Shown here: in pieces, positions 24,122 through 32,000 of the stretch | How the letters are laid out: the number at the start of each line of letters is the position of its first letter | Position numbering within the stretch: position 1 is the first letter of the stretch | Origin: Candidatus Saccharimonadota bacterium | Lineage (GTDB): Bacteria > Patescibacteriota > Gracilibacteria > UBA1369 > 2-02-FULL-48-14 | DNA: 32,000 nucleotides | Direction: 5' to 3' | NCBI GenBank assembly: GCA_041661045.1 | Contig: JBAZVE010000001.1 | Coordinates: 240,001 to 272,000 of the forward strand | Position numbers and translations under genes: made by a program | Notes under the pieces: generated by a model | Database searches by the model: none | Told to the model about the DNA's origin: nothing | The model's input: only the letters and a program-made list of their open reading frames with translations

Positions 24122-24940
24122 TCACTGCGCCACAAAGGCCGTGGCTCCGAGCCACGCCAGGTTAAAAATGGCCCGTTGAGTGCGTGCGTACACGGCGGAC
24201 TCAATGTGCATTCCCATCCGTTCATCCGGATTTAAGGACATTATGGCGACCTTGTTTTCGTAGATGGAAATTTGGTTTTCAAAATTGAATTCTTTTGGAT
24301 TCACAAAGAGAATTTCCACCAATTCCTGCGGATATTTTTTGGGGTAGAAGCGTTTTACGAATTGCCGTGCCTGCTCTGTGGAAGGCGAAAGTAAGCGCAC
24401 CTTGATGTGATTTTTGACGAGTTTCTCCGTATAAGTGGGGAGATAATCGGGGAGGAGCTCACCCAGGGCCTCCAGGTTGGTGTAACCCAACACCTCCGAT
24501 TTTGCCTCGAGCGTTTGCTCAAAAATGGTCTTGATACCCTCCAGTCCTTCGTACGAGCGGATGATGGGCTTAAAAGCCAGCGCATTGGTGATGGAGAGCA
24601 GCTCGGGAAGGAGCTTTTTTGCGCTTTGATACTGCGTTTCCATTTGGTTCACCAAGACTTGGGGGGGCTCCGCTACAAAAAACTTCACTTTGCCCTTAAA
24701 ATTGGCGGTCACAAGGCCGTGTTTTCGTAGGTTTTCCAAGACATAATAACAGTTTACGCGCGGGATTTTTGCTTGGCTCGCGATGGTGCTTGCAAAAGAA
24801 CCCCCAAGCTCCAAAACCGTGAGGTAAACCTGAGCTTCCTCCTCCGAAAGGCCGAATTCTTGGAGTTTTTCCTGCAGCAATTGGCTTTGTTGTAAAATAA
24901 TTTCTACAACTAATCTAACCTGTAATTTACTATTTTTCAA
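24122..24940 (-). CDS. TrmB-family transcriptional regulator (winged HTH plus C-terminal domain)
   Basis: FGLSEEEAQVYLTVLELGGSFASTIASQAKIPRVNCYYVLENLRKHGLV is the typical TrmB N-terminal HTH. Convergent with paralog 5 (16-nt gap). Confidence 0.8.
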   Translation of the reverse strand: MKNSKLQVRLVVEIILQQSQLLQEKLQEFGLSEEEAQVYLTVLELGGSFASTIASQAKIPRVNCYYVLENLRKHGLVTANFKGKVKFFVAEPPQVLVNQMETQYQSAKKLLPELLSITNALAFKPIIRSYEGLEGIKTIFEQTLEAKSEVLGYTNLEALGELLPDYLPTYTEKLVKNHIKVRLLSPSTEQARQFVKRFYPKKYPQELVEILFVNPKEFNFENQISIYENKVAIMSLNPDERMGMHIESAVYARTQRAIFNLAWLGATAFVAQ

Positions 24941-24995
24941 GCTAAAATTATTATTGAACTTACAGTTGTGATAGGATTGAAGCTAATCAAAATTT

Positions 24996-25328
24996 ATGGC
25001 AAACATCGACGACTTTCAAAAATTGGACATTCGCGTGGGCCGCGTGCTGGCCGCCGAACCCTTCCCCGAGGCACGCAAGCCTGCCTACAAGCTCACCATC
25101 GATTTCGGCGGCGAAGTGGGCACAAAAAAATCTTCCGTCCAAATCACCAAGCACTATGCCCGGGAAGAACTCGTGGGACGACTGGTGCTCGGCGTGGTCA
25201 ATTTTCCTCCTCGCCAAATCGGCCCCTTTGTTTCCGAAGTGCTCACCCTGGGCCTCCCGGACAGCGATGGCGAAGTGGTCTTGACTCAACCTGAACGGGA
25301 TGTACCCGTGGGTGGACGATTGTTTTAA
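24996..25328 (+). CDS. csaA: tRNA-binding domain protein CsaA
   Basis: MANIDDFQKLDIRVGRVLAAEPFPEARKPAYKLTIDFGGEVGTKKSSVQIT..VVNFPPRQIGPFVSEVL closely resembles B. subtilis CsaA / Trbp111-type OB-fold proteins. Confidence 0.85.
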   Translation: MANIDDFQKLDIRVGRVLAAEPFPEARKPAYKLTIDFGGEVGTKKSSVQITKHYAREELVGRLVLGVVNFPPRQIGPFVSEVLTLGLPDSDGEVVLTQPERDVPVGGRLF

Positions 25329-25329
25329 T

Positions 25330-26106
25330 ATGACACCCGATACCCCTATCGCCATTATTGGACTTGGACATCTTGGCAGCAGTATTGCAAAACGGCTCAT
25401 TAGAAATGGACACAAGAAACTTGTTGCTACTCGACGAAATGAAAACGAACTCCAAGCACCTAAAGATCTGAGTCCACATTTAGTCCTGACGACCGACAAT
25501 GAAATGGCCGTGAAAAATGCTGCCGTGATTATATTGGCGACTAAAGAAGCAAGCTTTGAGGACTTTGCAGCTGCCATTAAAGCCGGCCGACAAGGGAAGC
25601 TCTTAATCAGTCTTGGTCCGACCTTCAAACTGAACAAGCTCGATGAACTATTTGGTGGGCACAATGTTCGCTTGATCACTCCGGTAGACGCTAGAAATGA
25701 TGTTATTTGTTACTCAACGGATTCTTTTTGTTCTGATGAAGACGAAAAAGTTCTCCACTATATTTTTGGAGAGTGTATTCAAAAAGTCCCCGAAGAAGAG
25801 ATGCCTCTCGCAACGGCTTTCGTGCTTTTCAGAGGAGTACTCAATTCATTCCTCGATCCCTTCATTCGGGTTGCCGCTCAAGAGGGACTTGATGCACAAA
25901 GCTCACAGAAAATAATGGGGGAAATGCTTATTTCTTGTGGTGAGGAGCTTAGGGATGGAATCTCCTCTGAGAAGCGCCTTGAAAATGCGAGTGGTGGCTT
26001 TAATGAAAAGAGCTTCACCATGCGGCTTTACAAAGAGCTGGAGCCAGCTCAAGTGCTTTTAAAAGACCTGTTTGAGAAGGTTTGTAAACAATTTAAGAAT
26101 CTATGA
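25330..26106 (+). CDS. Pyrroline-5-carboxylate reductase-like NAD(P)-dependent oxidoreductase
   Basis: ORF 25300..26106, trimmed to ATG 25330, 1 nt after the csaA stop. It has the Rossmann motif IAIIGLGHLGSSIAKRL and a ProC-like length and C-terminal helical domain. Assignment to the ProC family is by resemblance only. Confidence 0.7.
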   Translation: MTPDTPIAIIGLGHLGSSIAKRLIRNGHKKLVATRRNENELQAPKDLSPHLVLTTDNEMAVKNAAVIILATKEASFEDFAAAIKAGRQGKLLISLGPTFKLNKLDELFGGHNVRLITPVDARNDVICYSTDSFCSDEDEKVLHYIFGECIQKVPEEEMPLATAFVLFRGVLNSFLDPFIRVAAQEGLDAQSSQKIMGEMLISCGEELRDGISSEKRLENASGGFNEKSFTMRLYKELEPAQVLLKDLFEKVCKQFKNL

Positions 26107-27764
26107 CTCCGATCACAAAAACTTGTACGGTCAGCGGAAAACCCTTCATCATCTCTGATGAGGATCAAGCCTACTACACAAAGATTGGCGTCCCCATGCC
26201 TTCGCTATGTCCCAAAGAACGGCAACGACGACGCCTCAGCTTTCGGAATGAGCGCAATCTTTATCATCGCAAATGCGATCTTACGGGACACCAAATTATT
26301 TCCAACTATTCACCGGATAAGATGTTTAAGGTTTATGAGAAAGACTCCTGGTGGTCTGACGCCTGGGATCCATTGAGTTATGGAAGGCCTTACGATTTTT
26401 CCAGATCTTTTTTCGACCAGTTTCATGAGCTACAACTCGTGGTTCCTCGCATCAATCTTTTTTCAAAGGGAGGTGAGAATGTTGCTTATACAAATCATGC
26501 TACTTACAACAAGGACTGCTATCTTCTTTTTAACGCCACACATTGTGAAGGGGTTCATTACTCGACAAATTATGTCCTCAACTGCAAGAACTGTGTCGAC
26601 TGTTACTCCATCGACCGTTGTGAACTTTTGTACAATAGTGTTTTTTGTGAACAATGCTTTTCATCCACCGACTTGGTGAGTTCCAAGAATTGCTCTGAAA
26701 GTGCTTTTCTTTATGACTGTAGAAATTGCCAAAACTGTTTCATGTCTTATGGCCTAAGAAACAAGAAGTTTTGTATTGGGAATAAACAATACTCTGAAGG
26801 TGAGTATCGGGAACAAATGAAGAAATATGATCTTGGAAGTTATAAAGTCTATAATGAATTAAAAGAAGAGTTTCGTAAAATGTTGAGGGATTCTGCTGTC
26901 CATCGCTTTGCGATTATAGATTTGAGTGAAGACTGCTCCGGAGACTATATTTTTGAGTCTCAAAATACAAAGGAGTCCTTTTACGCGATCAAATGCAAAG
27001 ATTCCAAGTTCATTTATGACGGCTACGAGAACATTGACTGTTATGATGTTTATGAAAGTGCGCTTCAATGTGAAAGGCAGTATGAATGTTACGCCTGTAA
27101 TTACACAAAATATTCCTACGGCTCACATGTGTCTCACGAGAGCTATAATCTCTACTACAGTGATCACTGTTTCAACTCAAATGACTTATTTGGATGTATC
27201 GGTTTAAAGAAAAAAACCTACTGCATTTTGAACAAACAGTATTCCAAAGAAGAGTATCTTGAACTTTTCCCTCGCATCGTTGAACACATGAAACAAACCG
27301 GAGAGTGGGGAGAGTTTCACCCTTCGACACTTTCTCCTTTTGCCTACAATGAATCTGTTGCGCAAGATTTCCTACCTCTTTCCAAGGAAGAAGTTTTAAG
27401 TCGAGGACTTGTTTGGAAGGAAAAGTTGGACGATGGTGCGGCTTATGCGGGACCCGTGATATCCATCCCAGACAATATTAAAGATGTTGAACCCAGTATT
27501 TGTGAGGCTATCTTGCAATGTGATGTCACCGGAAAATATTTCAAAATCATTCCACAAGAGCTAGCGTTCTATAAACAGCTTGGCCTTCCCATCCCTCGCC
27601 AGTGCTTTGAAGAACGCCACAAGGGCCGCACGCAATTCAGGAATCCACGGATTTTGTGGGACCGCACCTGCATGCACTGTAACGCTCCCATCAAAACCAC
27701 TTACTCTCCGGAAAGACCCGAGAAAGTCTACTGCGAAGCCTGTTACTTAAAAACCGTTTATTGA
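26103..27764 (+). CDS. Cys-rich family protein, paralog 6 of 8
   Basis: 553 aa. ATGA overlap with the preceding oxidoreductase gene. Contains CILNKQYSKEEYLELFPRIVEHMKQTGEWGEFHP and ends CEACYLKTVY. Confidence 0.9.
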   Translation: MTPITKTCTVSGKPFIISDEDQAYYTKIGVPMPSLCPKERQRRRLSFRNERNLYHRKCDLTGHQIISNYSPDKMFKVYEKDSWWSDAWDPLSYGRPYDFSRSFFDQFHELQLVVPRINLFSKGGENVAYTNHATYNKDCYLLFNATHCEGVHYSTNYVLNCKNCVDCYSIDRCELLYNSVFCEQCFSSTDLVSSKNCSESAFLYDCRNCQNCFMSYGLRNKKFCIGNKQYSEGEYREQMKKYDLGSYKVYNELKEEFRKMLRDSAVHRFAIIDLSEDCSGDYIFESQNTKESFYAIKCKDSKFIYDGYENIDCYDVYESALQCERQYECYACNYTKYSYGSHVSHESYNLYYSDHCFNSNDLFGCIGLKKKTYCILNKQYSKEEYLELFPRIVEHMKQTGEWGEFHPSTLSPFAYNESVAQDFLPLSKEEVLSRGLVWKEKLDDGAAYAGPVISIPDNIKDVEPSICEAILQCDVTGKYFKIIPQELAFYKQLGLPIPRQCFEERHKGRTQFRNPRILWDRTCMHCNAPIKTTYSPERPEKVYCEACYLKTVY

Positions 27765-29410
27765 TGGCACCACTTACTAAAAACTGTGCGGCGAGCGGAA
27801 AATCTTTCGTTATCTCCGATGAAAATCAAGCTTTTTATGCAAAGATGGGCTTACCCTTGCCCACCCTGTGCCCGGAAGAACGGAGGCGAAGAAGGTTTTC
27901 TCACCGCAATGAACGAAACCTTTATCACCGCAAATGCGATCTTTCAGGGAAGAGCATTATTTCTAATTTTGCACCTGATGGGGACTATAGTGTTTATGAG
28001 CACGGGGAGTGGTGGAGTGATCAATGGGATGCTAAAACTTATGGACAGGATTTTGATTTCAACCGTCCATTTTTTGAGCAGTTTGAGGGTCTGAGCAAGA
28101 AAGTTCCTAAACTGGCCATGTCCGTTTGGAACTCGGAAAATAGCAGTTACTGCAACTATGTTGGGAATGTGAAAGACTCGTATTTGATCTTTGGATCGGT
28201 CTACAGCGAAAAGTGTTTTTACGGCTCGCCTTACTACTCTTTTGACTGCTTGGATACCCTGGTTGTGCGCGAGTGTGAGCACTGTTACGAGTGTGTGGAC
28301 TCTCGAAAACTATACGAGTGTTTCTACTGCCAAGACTGCCACAGTTCGCGAAATTTGATCTATTGTTATGACCTCCAAGCTTGCAGCGATTGCATTGCTT
28401 GTGCAGGCCTGCGGAACAAGCAGTACTGCATTTTTAATGAGCAACTCAGCAAAGAAGAGTATGAGAAACGAAAATCTGAATTTAAATTGTGGGATCCAAA
28501 AATTCAAACGCTTTTAAAGGCCAAACTTGCGGCACTCAAACTTCAAATCCCACATCGCTATATGCAGAGTCGACAGGTAGAAAATGTGAGTGGAAACTAT
28601 GTTTTCCAATCTAAAAATATCGAGAATTCTTACTTCACTGATCGGGCGGAAGACTGTGCTTATTGTATGCAAGTGGTGGACTTAAAGGATTGTTATGATA
28701 ATAATTTCACCGAGGAGAATGAACTGTGTTACGAGTACCTTGGCGCCTACCAAAATCAAAAGCTGCTTTTCTCAAAGTTCTGCAATAAAGTTTTCGAAAG
28801 TGCTTACTGCAACAGTTGTTTCAATTCTCATCACCTTTTTGCTTGTGATGGAATCCGCAATTCGTCTTATTGTATTTTCAATAAACAGTATACAAAAGAG
28901 GACTATGAGGCTTTGGTGCCAAAAATAATTGAGCACATGGGAAAGACCGGCGAATGGGGCGAGTTCTTCCCTGTTACTGGTTCTCCTTTTGGCTACAATG
29001 AGACCGTGGCCAATGAGTACTTCCCTCTTTCAAAAGAAGAAGCTTTAGCTCAGGGCTACCATTGGAAAGAGGACGACGAAAGCAATAGCTATCACGGTCC
29101 GATAACGGAGTTCTCTGAAAACATTGAAGAAGTGGGTGATGATATTTTACAAAAAATTCTGACCTGCGAAGTAAGCGGCAACTTGTACAAATTGATTCCA
29201 CAGGAGTTGGAATTCTACCGCCGAATGAAGTTGCCCATTCCCAAGCGAGCCCCCAATGAACGACATAAAGACCGCTTGGCTATGCGAAATCCACAGACCC
29301 TTTGGCCCAGGAATTGTGAAGGATGTACGATGGCTATAGAAAGCACCTACGCCCCCGAACGACCGGAAAAGGTGTATTGCGAGGCGTGTTATTTAAAGAT
29401 GGTGTATTAA
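27764..29410 (+). CDS. Cys-rich family protein, paralog 7 of 8
   Basis: The ORF track starts at TTG 27761. I prefer ATG 27764, which overlaps the paralog 6 stop as TGATG, the same junction as paralogs 4/5. Contains CIFNKQYTKEDYEALVPKIIEHMGKTGEWGEFFP. Confidence 0.9.
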   Translation: MAPLTKNCAASGKSFVISDENQAFYAKMGLPLPTLCPEERRRRRFSHRNERNLYHRKCDLSGKSIISNFAPDGDYSVYEHGEWWSDQWDAKTYGQDFDFNRPFFEQFEGLSKKVPKLAMSVWNSENSSYCNYVGNVKDSYLIFGSVYSEKCFYGSPYYSFDCLDTLVVRECEHCYECVDSRKLYECFYCQDCHSSRNLIYCYDLQACSDCIACAGLRNKQYCIFNEQLSKEEYEKRKSEFKLWDPKIQTLLKAKLAALKLQIPHRYMQSRQVENVSGNYVFQSKNIENSYFTDRAEDCAYCMQVVDLKDCYDNNFTEENELCYEYLGAYQNQKLLFSKFCNKVFESAYCNSCFNSHHLFACDGIRNSSYCIFNKQYTKEDYEALVPKIIEHMGKTGEWGEFFPVTGSPFGYNETVANEYFPLSKEEALAQGYHWKEDDESNSYHGPITEFSENIEEVGDDILQKILTCEVSGNLYKLIPQELEFYRRMKLPIPKRAPNERHKDRLAMRNPQTLWPRNCEGCTMAIESTYAPERPEKVYCEACYLKMVY

Positions 29411-29571
29411 AAAACTTCGGACTGAATGATAAGCCACTCATCTTCAGTGGGGAGATCGTCAAACTTTAATTTAGCTAAAGCCTTAGCGTCTTTCTCTAGC
29501 TGTTTCTCTGAGAATTCTTTTTTCATTGTGAATGGAATCATGGAATGCCATTAATTCCTTAGAATAATATC

Positions 29572-30327
29572 TTAAATCCTCTCCCACATCCAGTTGAAGA
29601 GGGTGAGGAGAGATTCGTGTAGGTATTTTTCACGGATCTTGATACCCACTTCTTTTTTAGGATCGTAGCTGTTTAGGATGATGTAGTCGTTCACCAAAAT
29701 GATGTCCGACAAAAAAGAGCTTTCCTTCGCAATTTCCTTGATTTGATGATTGGGATTTTTGACCTGACTTTTGTACCAATCTGTGGTGGGGCCGGCGACT
29801 AAAATTTCACGGATGTTGGCCTTGCTTTGGGCGGTGGCTTGCAAAAAATCCTTCACCAGATTTTTGAGGCGCTCATTTGGAATAGCGATTTGAGGGTTGA
29901 AGAAAGCATTGAAATCCCCACTGATCAAGGTTTGAGAGAGTTGCTGATATACGGCTTCCATGGATTCAAATGTAGAAATTTCAAAAGCTCCGAAGTCCTG
30001 TTTCTTGGGTAAAAGCTCTTTCAAATGAGTTTGAAGCAAGCGCGTGGCACTATGAACTTCTTCAAACTGCTCACGAGCACGACCTTCCAAGACTTTAGCC
30101 ACCATTTCTGGAGGTAAACAGTTGAAGTAACTGGTGGACCCACGCTTTTTGCGAGTTACGATCCCAAAATGAACCAAGGCGTCCAAAGCAGCGTACACGG
30201 TAGTCCTTTTGACTTGCAGTTGTTTGGCCACTACGCTGGCGATGCCCTCCCCTCGTTCAAACAAGTGAAGAAACACTTTTTGCTCCATGGAGTTGAGACC
30301 GCAGGTTTGAAGTAGATTGTGGAGCAT
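29572..30327 (-). CDS. TrmB-family transcriptional regulator
   Basis: ORF 29572..30357 (TTG), trimmed to ATG 30327 (MLHNLLQTCGLNSMEQKVFLHLFERGEGIASVVAKQLQVKRTTVYAALDALVHFGIV, a TrmB-type HTH). The start choice is uncertain. Divergent from paralog 8. Confidence 0.75.
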   Translation of the reverse strand: MLHNLLQTCGLNSMEQKVFLHLFERGEGIASVVAKQLQVKRTTVYAALDALVHFGIVTRKKRGSTSYFNCLPPEMVAKVLEGRAREQFEEVHSATRLLQTHLKELLPKKQDFGAFEISTFESMEAVYQQLSQTLISGDFNAFFNPQIAIPNERLKNLVKDFLQATAQSKANIREILVAGPTTDWYKSQVKNPNHQIKEIAKESSFLSDIILVNDYIILNSYDPKKEVGIKIREKYLHESLLTLFNWMWERI

Positions 30328-30375
30328 GGTTGATGTGGCTATCCGCCTTGTTGTCAAAATTATTTTGACAATATT

Positions 30376-30399
30376 AGCTTAACATTAACGGGTTAAGCT
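30376..30399. promoter_or_regulatory. Perfect 8-bp inverted repeat AGCTTAAC-N8-GTTAAGCT in the TrmB/paralog-8 divergent intergenic region (candidate operator)
   Basis: Arms at 30376-30383 and 30392-30399 are exact reverse complements. They lie between the regulator start and the paralog 8 promoter. Confidence 0.4.
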
Positions 30400-30421
30400 T
30401 GCAAGTCATGTTGCTGGACTA

Positions 30422-30450
30422 TTGTTAATTTATGACAAAAGGCTTAGTAT
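30422..30450 (+). promoter_or_regulatory. Sigma70-like promoter of paralog 8
   Basis: TTGTTA (30422-30427), 17-nt spacer, TAGTAT (30445-30450). The predicted TSS falls downstream of the alternative ATG at 30432, which favours the ATG at 30471. Confidence 0.35.
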
Positions 30451-30470
30451 TCGTTCTTGTAACAACCCTT

Positions 30471-32000
30471 ATGGAAACTCTCCAAAAAACCTGTACGCAC
30501 TGCCAAAAGAACTTCGATCTGGATGAAAAGGATCAGGCCTTCTACAGAGAAATGGGTGTGCCCCACCCCACGCAGTGTCCGAACTGCCGTGAACAACGCC
30601 GCTTGGCCTGGCGCAATGAACGCACTCTATATTTGAGGAAATGTGACCTCACGGGTGAGCCCACTTTGTCGGTTTTTTCTGAAGATAAGCCTTACAAGGT
30701 CTACAAAAACGAGCACTGGTATTCGGACAAATGGAACGCCATGAACTACGGGCAGGATTTTGACTTCACTCGGCCTTTCTTTGAACAATTTAATGAACTG
30801 CTACGGAAAGTTCCGCAACTGGCGCTTTCATCCACCGGAAACCAGAACTCCGACTACATCAACCAAGCGGGCTGGTGCAAAGATTGCTATTTGATTTTTG
30901 AGGCTGATTACAATGATAAATGCATGTATTCCACGCATATTGGAGACTCGCGGGACTGCATGGATACCTTGCAAGTGATGAAGTCCGAACTTTGTTATGA
31001 ATGCATCGATTGCCAGAATTGTTATGGTTTGCGTTTTGGGCAAGACTGTATGAACTGCTCCGATTCTTGGTTCCTTAAAAATTGTATTGGCTGCAGCGAT
31101 TGTTTTGGCTGCGTGAATTTGAGAAATAAAAAATATTGCATCTACAATCAACAATATTCACGCGAGGAATACTTGCAGAAATTGGCCGGATTTGACCTGC
31201 AAAACTTGGCTAGCTTACAAAAAATAGGGGAGGACTTCTCAAAATATGCCGTCCAGTTCCCTTGCAAAAATTACCATGGCACCCAGAATGAAGGGTCGGA
31301 GGGTGACTACCTCTATAATACTCAAAATTGCCGCGATTGTTTCGATGTCTACAATGCGCAAGATTGTCGTTTTGTGACGGAGTCGCGCAATGTGAAAAAG
31401 GTCTATGATATGACCGTTTTCGGTTCGCAAAAGGGTGTTGAGTTTTGTTATGAATGTCATGAAATTGGCGAGAGTGTTCGTAACATTTATTTTTCTGACC
31501 AGGTTTGGGAAGGCTGTTACGACATTTATTACAGCAAACTCTGCATGCAAAATTCTCATAATTTGTTTGGCTGCGTGGGGCTGCGTAAGGCCACCTACTG
31601 CATTTTGAATAAACAGTATTCGAAAGAAGAGTATGAAGCGCTGATGCCACGCATCGTTGAACACATGAAAAAGACTGGCGAGTGGGGCGAGTTTTTTCCG
31701 GCGAGTATGAGTCCATTTGCTTACAATGAAACCTTGGCGCAACAGTACTACCCCCTCAGTAAAGAAGAGGCCGAGAACTCTGGCTATGACTGGAAAGAAG
31801 AGGTCAAAAACCCTGTGGTGGAGGGGATCCCAATCTGTAAAGACTGTGGAAAAAACTTCAAAATCGTGACCCAAGAACAAGAGTTTTACAAAAAAATGAA
31901 GTTGCCTGAGCCCACGACTTGTTCCGAGTGCCGCCATAAAAACCGCTTCTCAAAGCGGAACCCACGAAAACTGTGGGAACGGAACTGTGAAGAGTGTCAG
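30471..32000 (+). CDS. Cys-rich family protein, paralog 8 of 8 or more (3' end runs off the right edge of the window)
   Basis: Absent from the ORF track because it has no stop in the window. Manual translation gives METLQKTCTHCQKNFDLDEKDQAFYREMGVPHPTQCPNCREQRRLAWRNERTLYLRKCDLTG...CILNKQYSKEEYEALMPRIVEHMKKTGEWGEFFP...CKDCGKNFKIVTQEQEFYKKMKLPEPTTCSECRHKNRFSKRNPRKLWERNCEECQ. The frame is open for 510 codons to position 32000. Confidence 0.9.
   Translation, partial: METLQKTCTHCQKNFDLDEKDQAFYREMGVPHPTQCPNCREQRRLAWRNERTLYLRKCDLTGEPTLSVFSEDKPYKVYKNEHWYSDKWNAMNYGQDFDFTRPFFEQFNELLRKVPQLALSSTGNQNSDYINQAGWCKDCYLIFEADYNDKCMYSTHIGDSRDCMDTLQVMKSELCYECIDCQNCYGLRFGQDCMNCSDSWFLKNCIGCSDCFGCVNLRNKKYCIYNQQYSREEYLQKLAGFDLQNLASLQKIGEDFSKYAVQFPCKNYHGTQNEGSEGDYLYNTQNCRDCFDVYNAQDCRFVTESRNVKKVYDMTVFGSQKGVEFCYECHEIGESVRNIYFSDQVWEGCYDIYYSKLCMQNSHNLFGCVGLRKATYCILNKQYSKEEYEALMPRIVEHMKKTGEWGEFFPASMSPFAYNETLAQQYYPLSKEEAENSGYDWKEEVKNPVVEGIPICKDCGKNFKIVTQEQEFYKKMKLPEPTTCSECRHKNRFSKRNPRKLWERNCEECQ

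Noticed and set aside
29407-29526. 39-aa reverse-strand ORF (MKKEFSEKQLEKDAKALAKLKFDDLPTEDEWLIIQSEVF), 45 nt downstream of the second TrmB gene and overlapping the paralog 7 stop by 4 nt
   Set aside because: It is plausible as a small helical protein co-transcribed with the regulator. However, at 39 aa with no homology evidence it cannot be supported from sequence alone.
30432-30470. Alternative upstream in-frame ATG for paralog 8 (MTKGLVFVLVTTL-METLQK...)
   Set aside because: All other paralogs begin 3-8 residues before the first Cys knuckle. The predicted -10 (30445-30450) also lies downstream of this ATG. ATG 30471 is preferred.
15906-32000. The ~1.6-kb periodicity of similar sequence could suggest a CRISPR-like or satellite array, a diversity-generating retroelement target family, or phase-variable surface antigens
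   Set aside because: The units are full-length, divergent protein-coding paralogs rather than short repeats and spacers. No reverse transcriptase, template repeat, invertase or invertible promoter is present in the window. The proteins also lack signal peptides, so a surface-antigen model is unsupported.

Overview
Bacterial chromosomal window using the standard genetic code: TGA terminates conserved genes such as lexA. Genes are tightly packed and often overlap, and Shine-Dalgarno sequences are almost absent. By inference only, the style resembles an uncultivated small-genome (CPR-like) lineage. Left half (1-15.8 kb) is housekeeping: the 5' part of mutS (reverse strand, missing from the ORF track), a small secreted/anchored protein, tRNA-Arg(CCU), a membrane protein, lexA with a palindrome inside its own promoter, an MBL-fold hydrolase and enolase. 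It continues with one long overlapping operon (sdaAB-sdaAA-purN-4Fe4S ferredoxin-OFOR alpha/beta-2Fe2S ferredoxin), an SLH-anchored HExxH metalloprotease and a GlmU-like nucleotidyltransferase. Between eno and sdaAB, two near-identical 454-bp non-coding, highly structured direct repeats bracket a single orphan 274-aa gene (R-gene-R). Right half (15.9-32 kb) holds the most unusual content. Eight same-strand paralogs (about 13 kb in total) encode ~530-556 aa cysteine-rich proteins that I cannot assign to any characterised family. Each has homologous double zinc-ribbon modules at both termini and two copies of a periodic Cys-ladder region, each ending in the same cap motif. The clusters are punctuated by two TrmB-family regulators, and one cluster is translationally coupled to csaA and a P5C-reductase-like gene. 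No CRISPR array, transposase, integrase or reverse transcriptase is visible.
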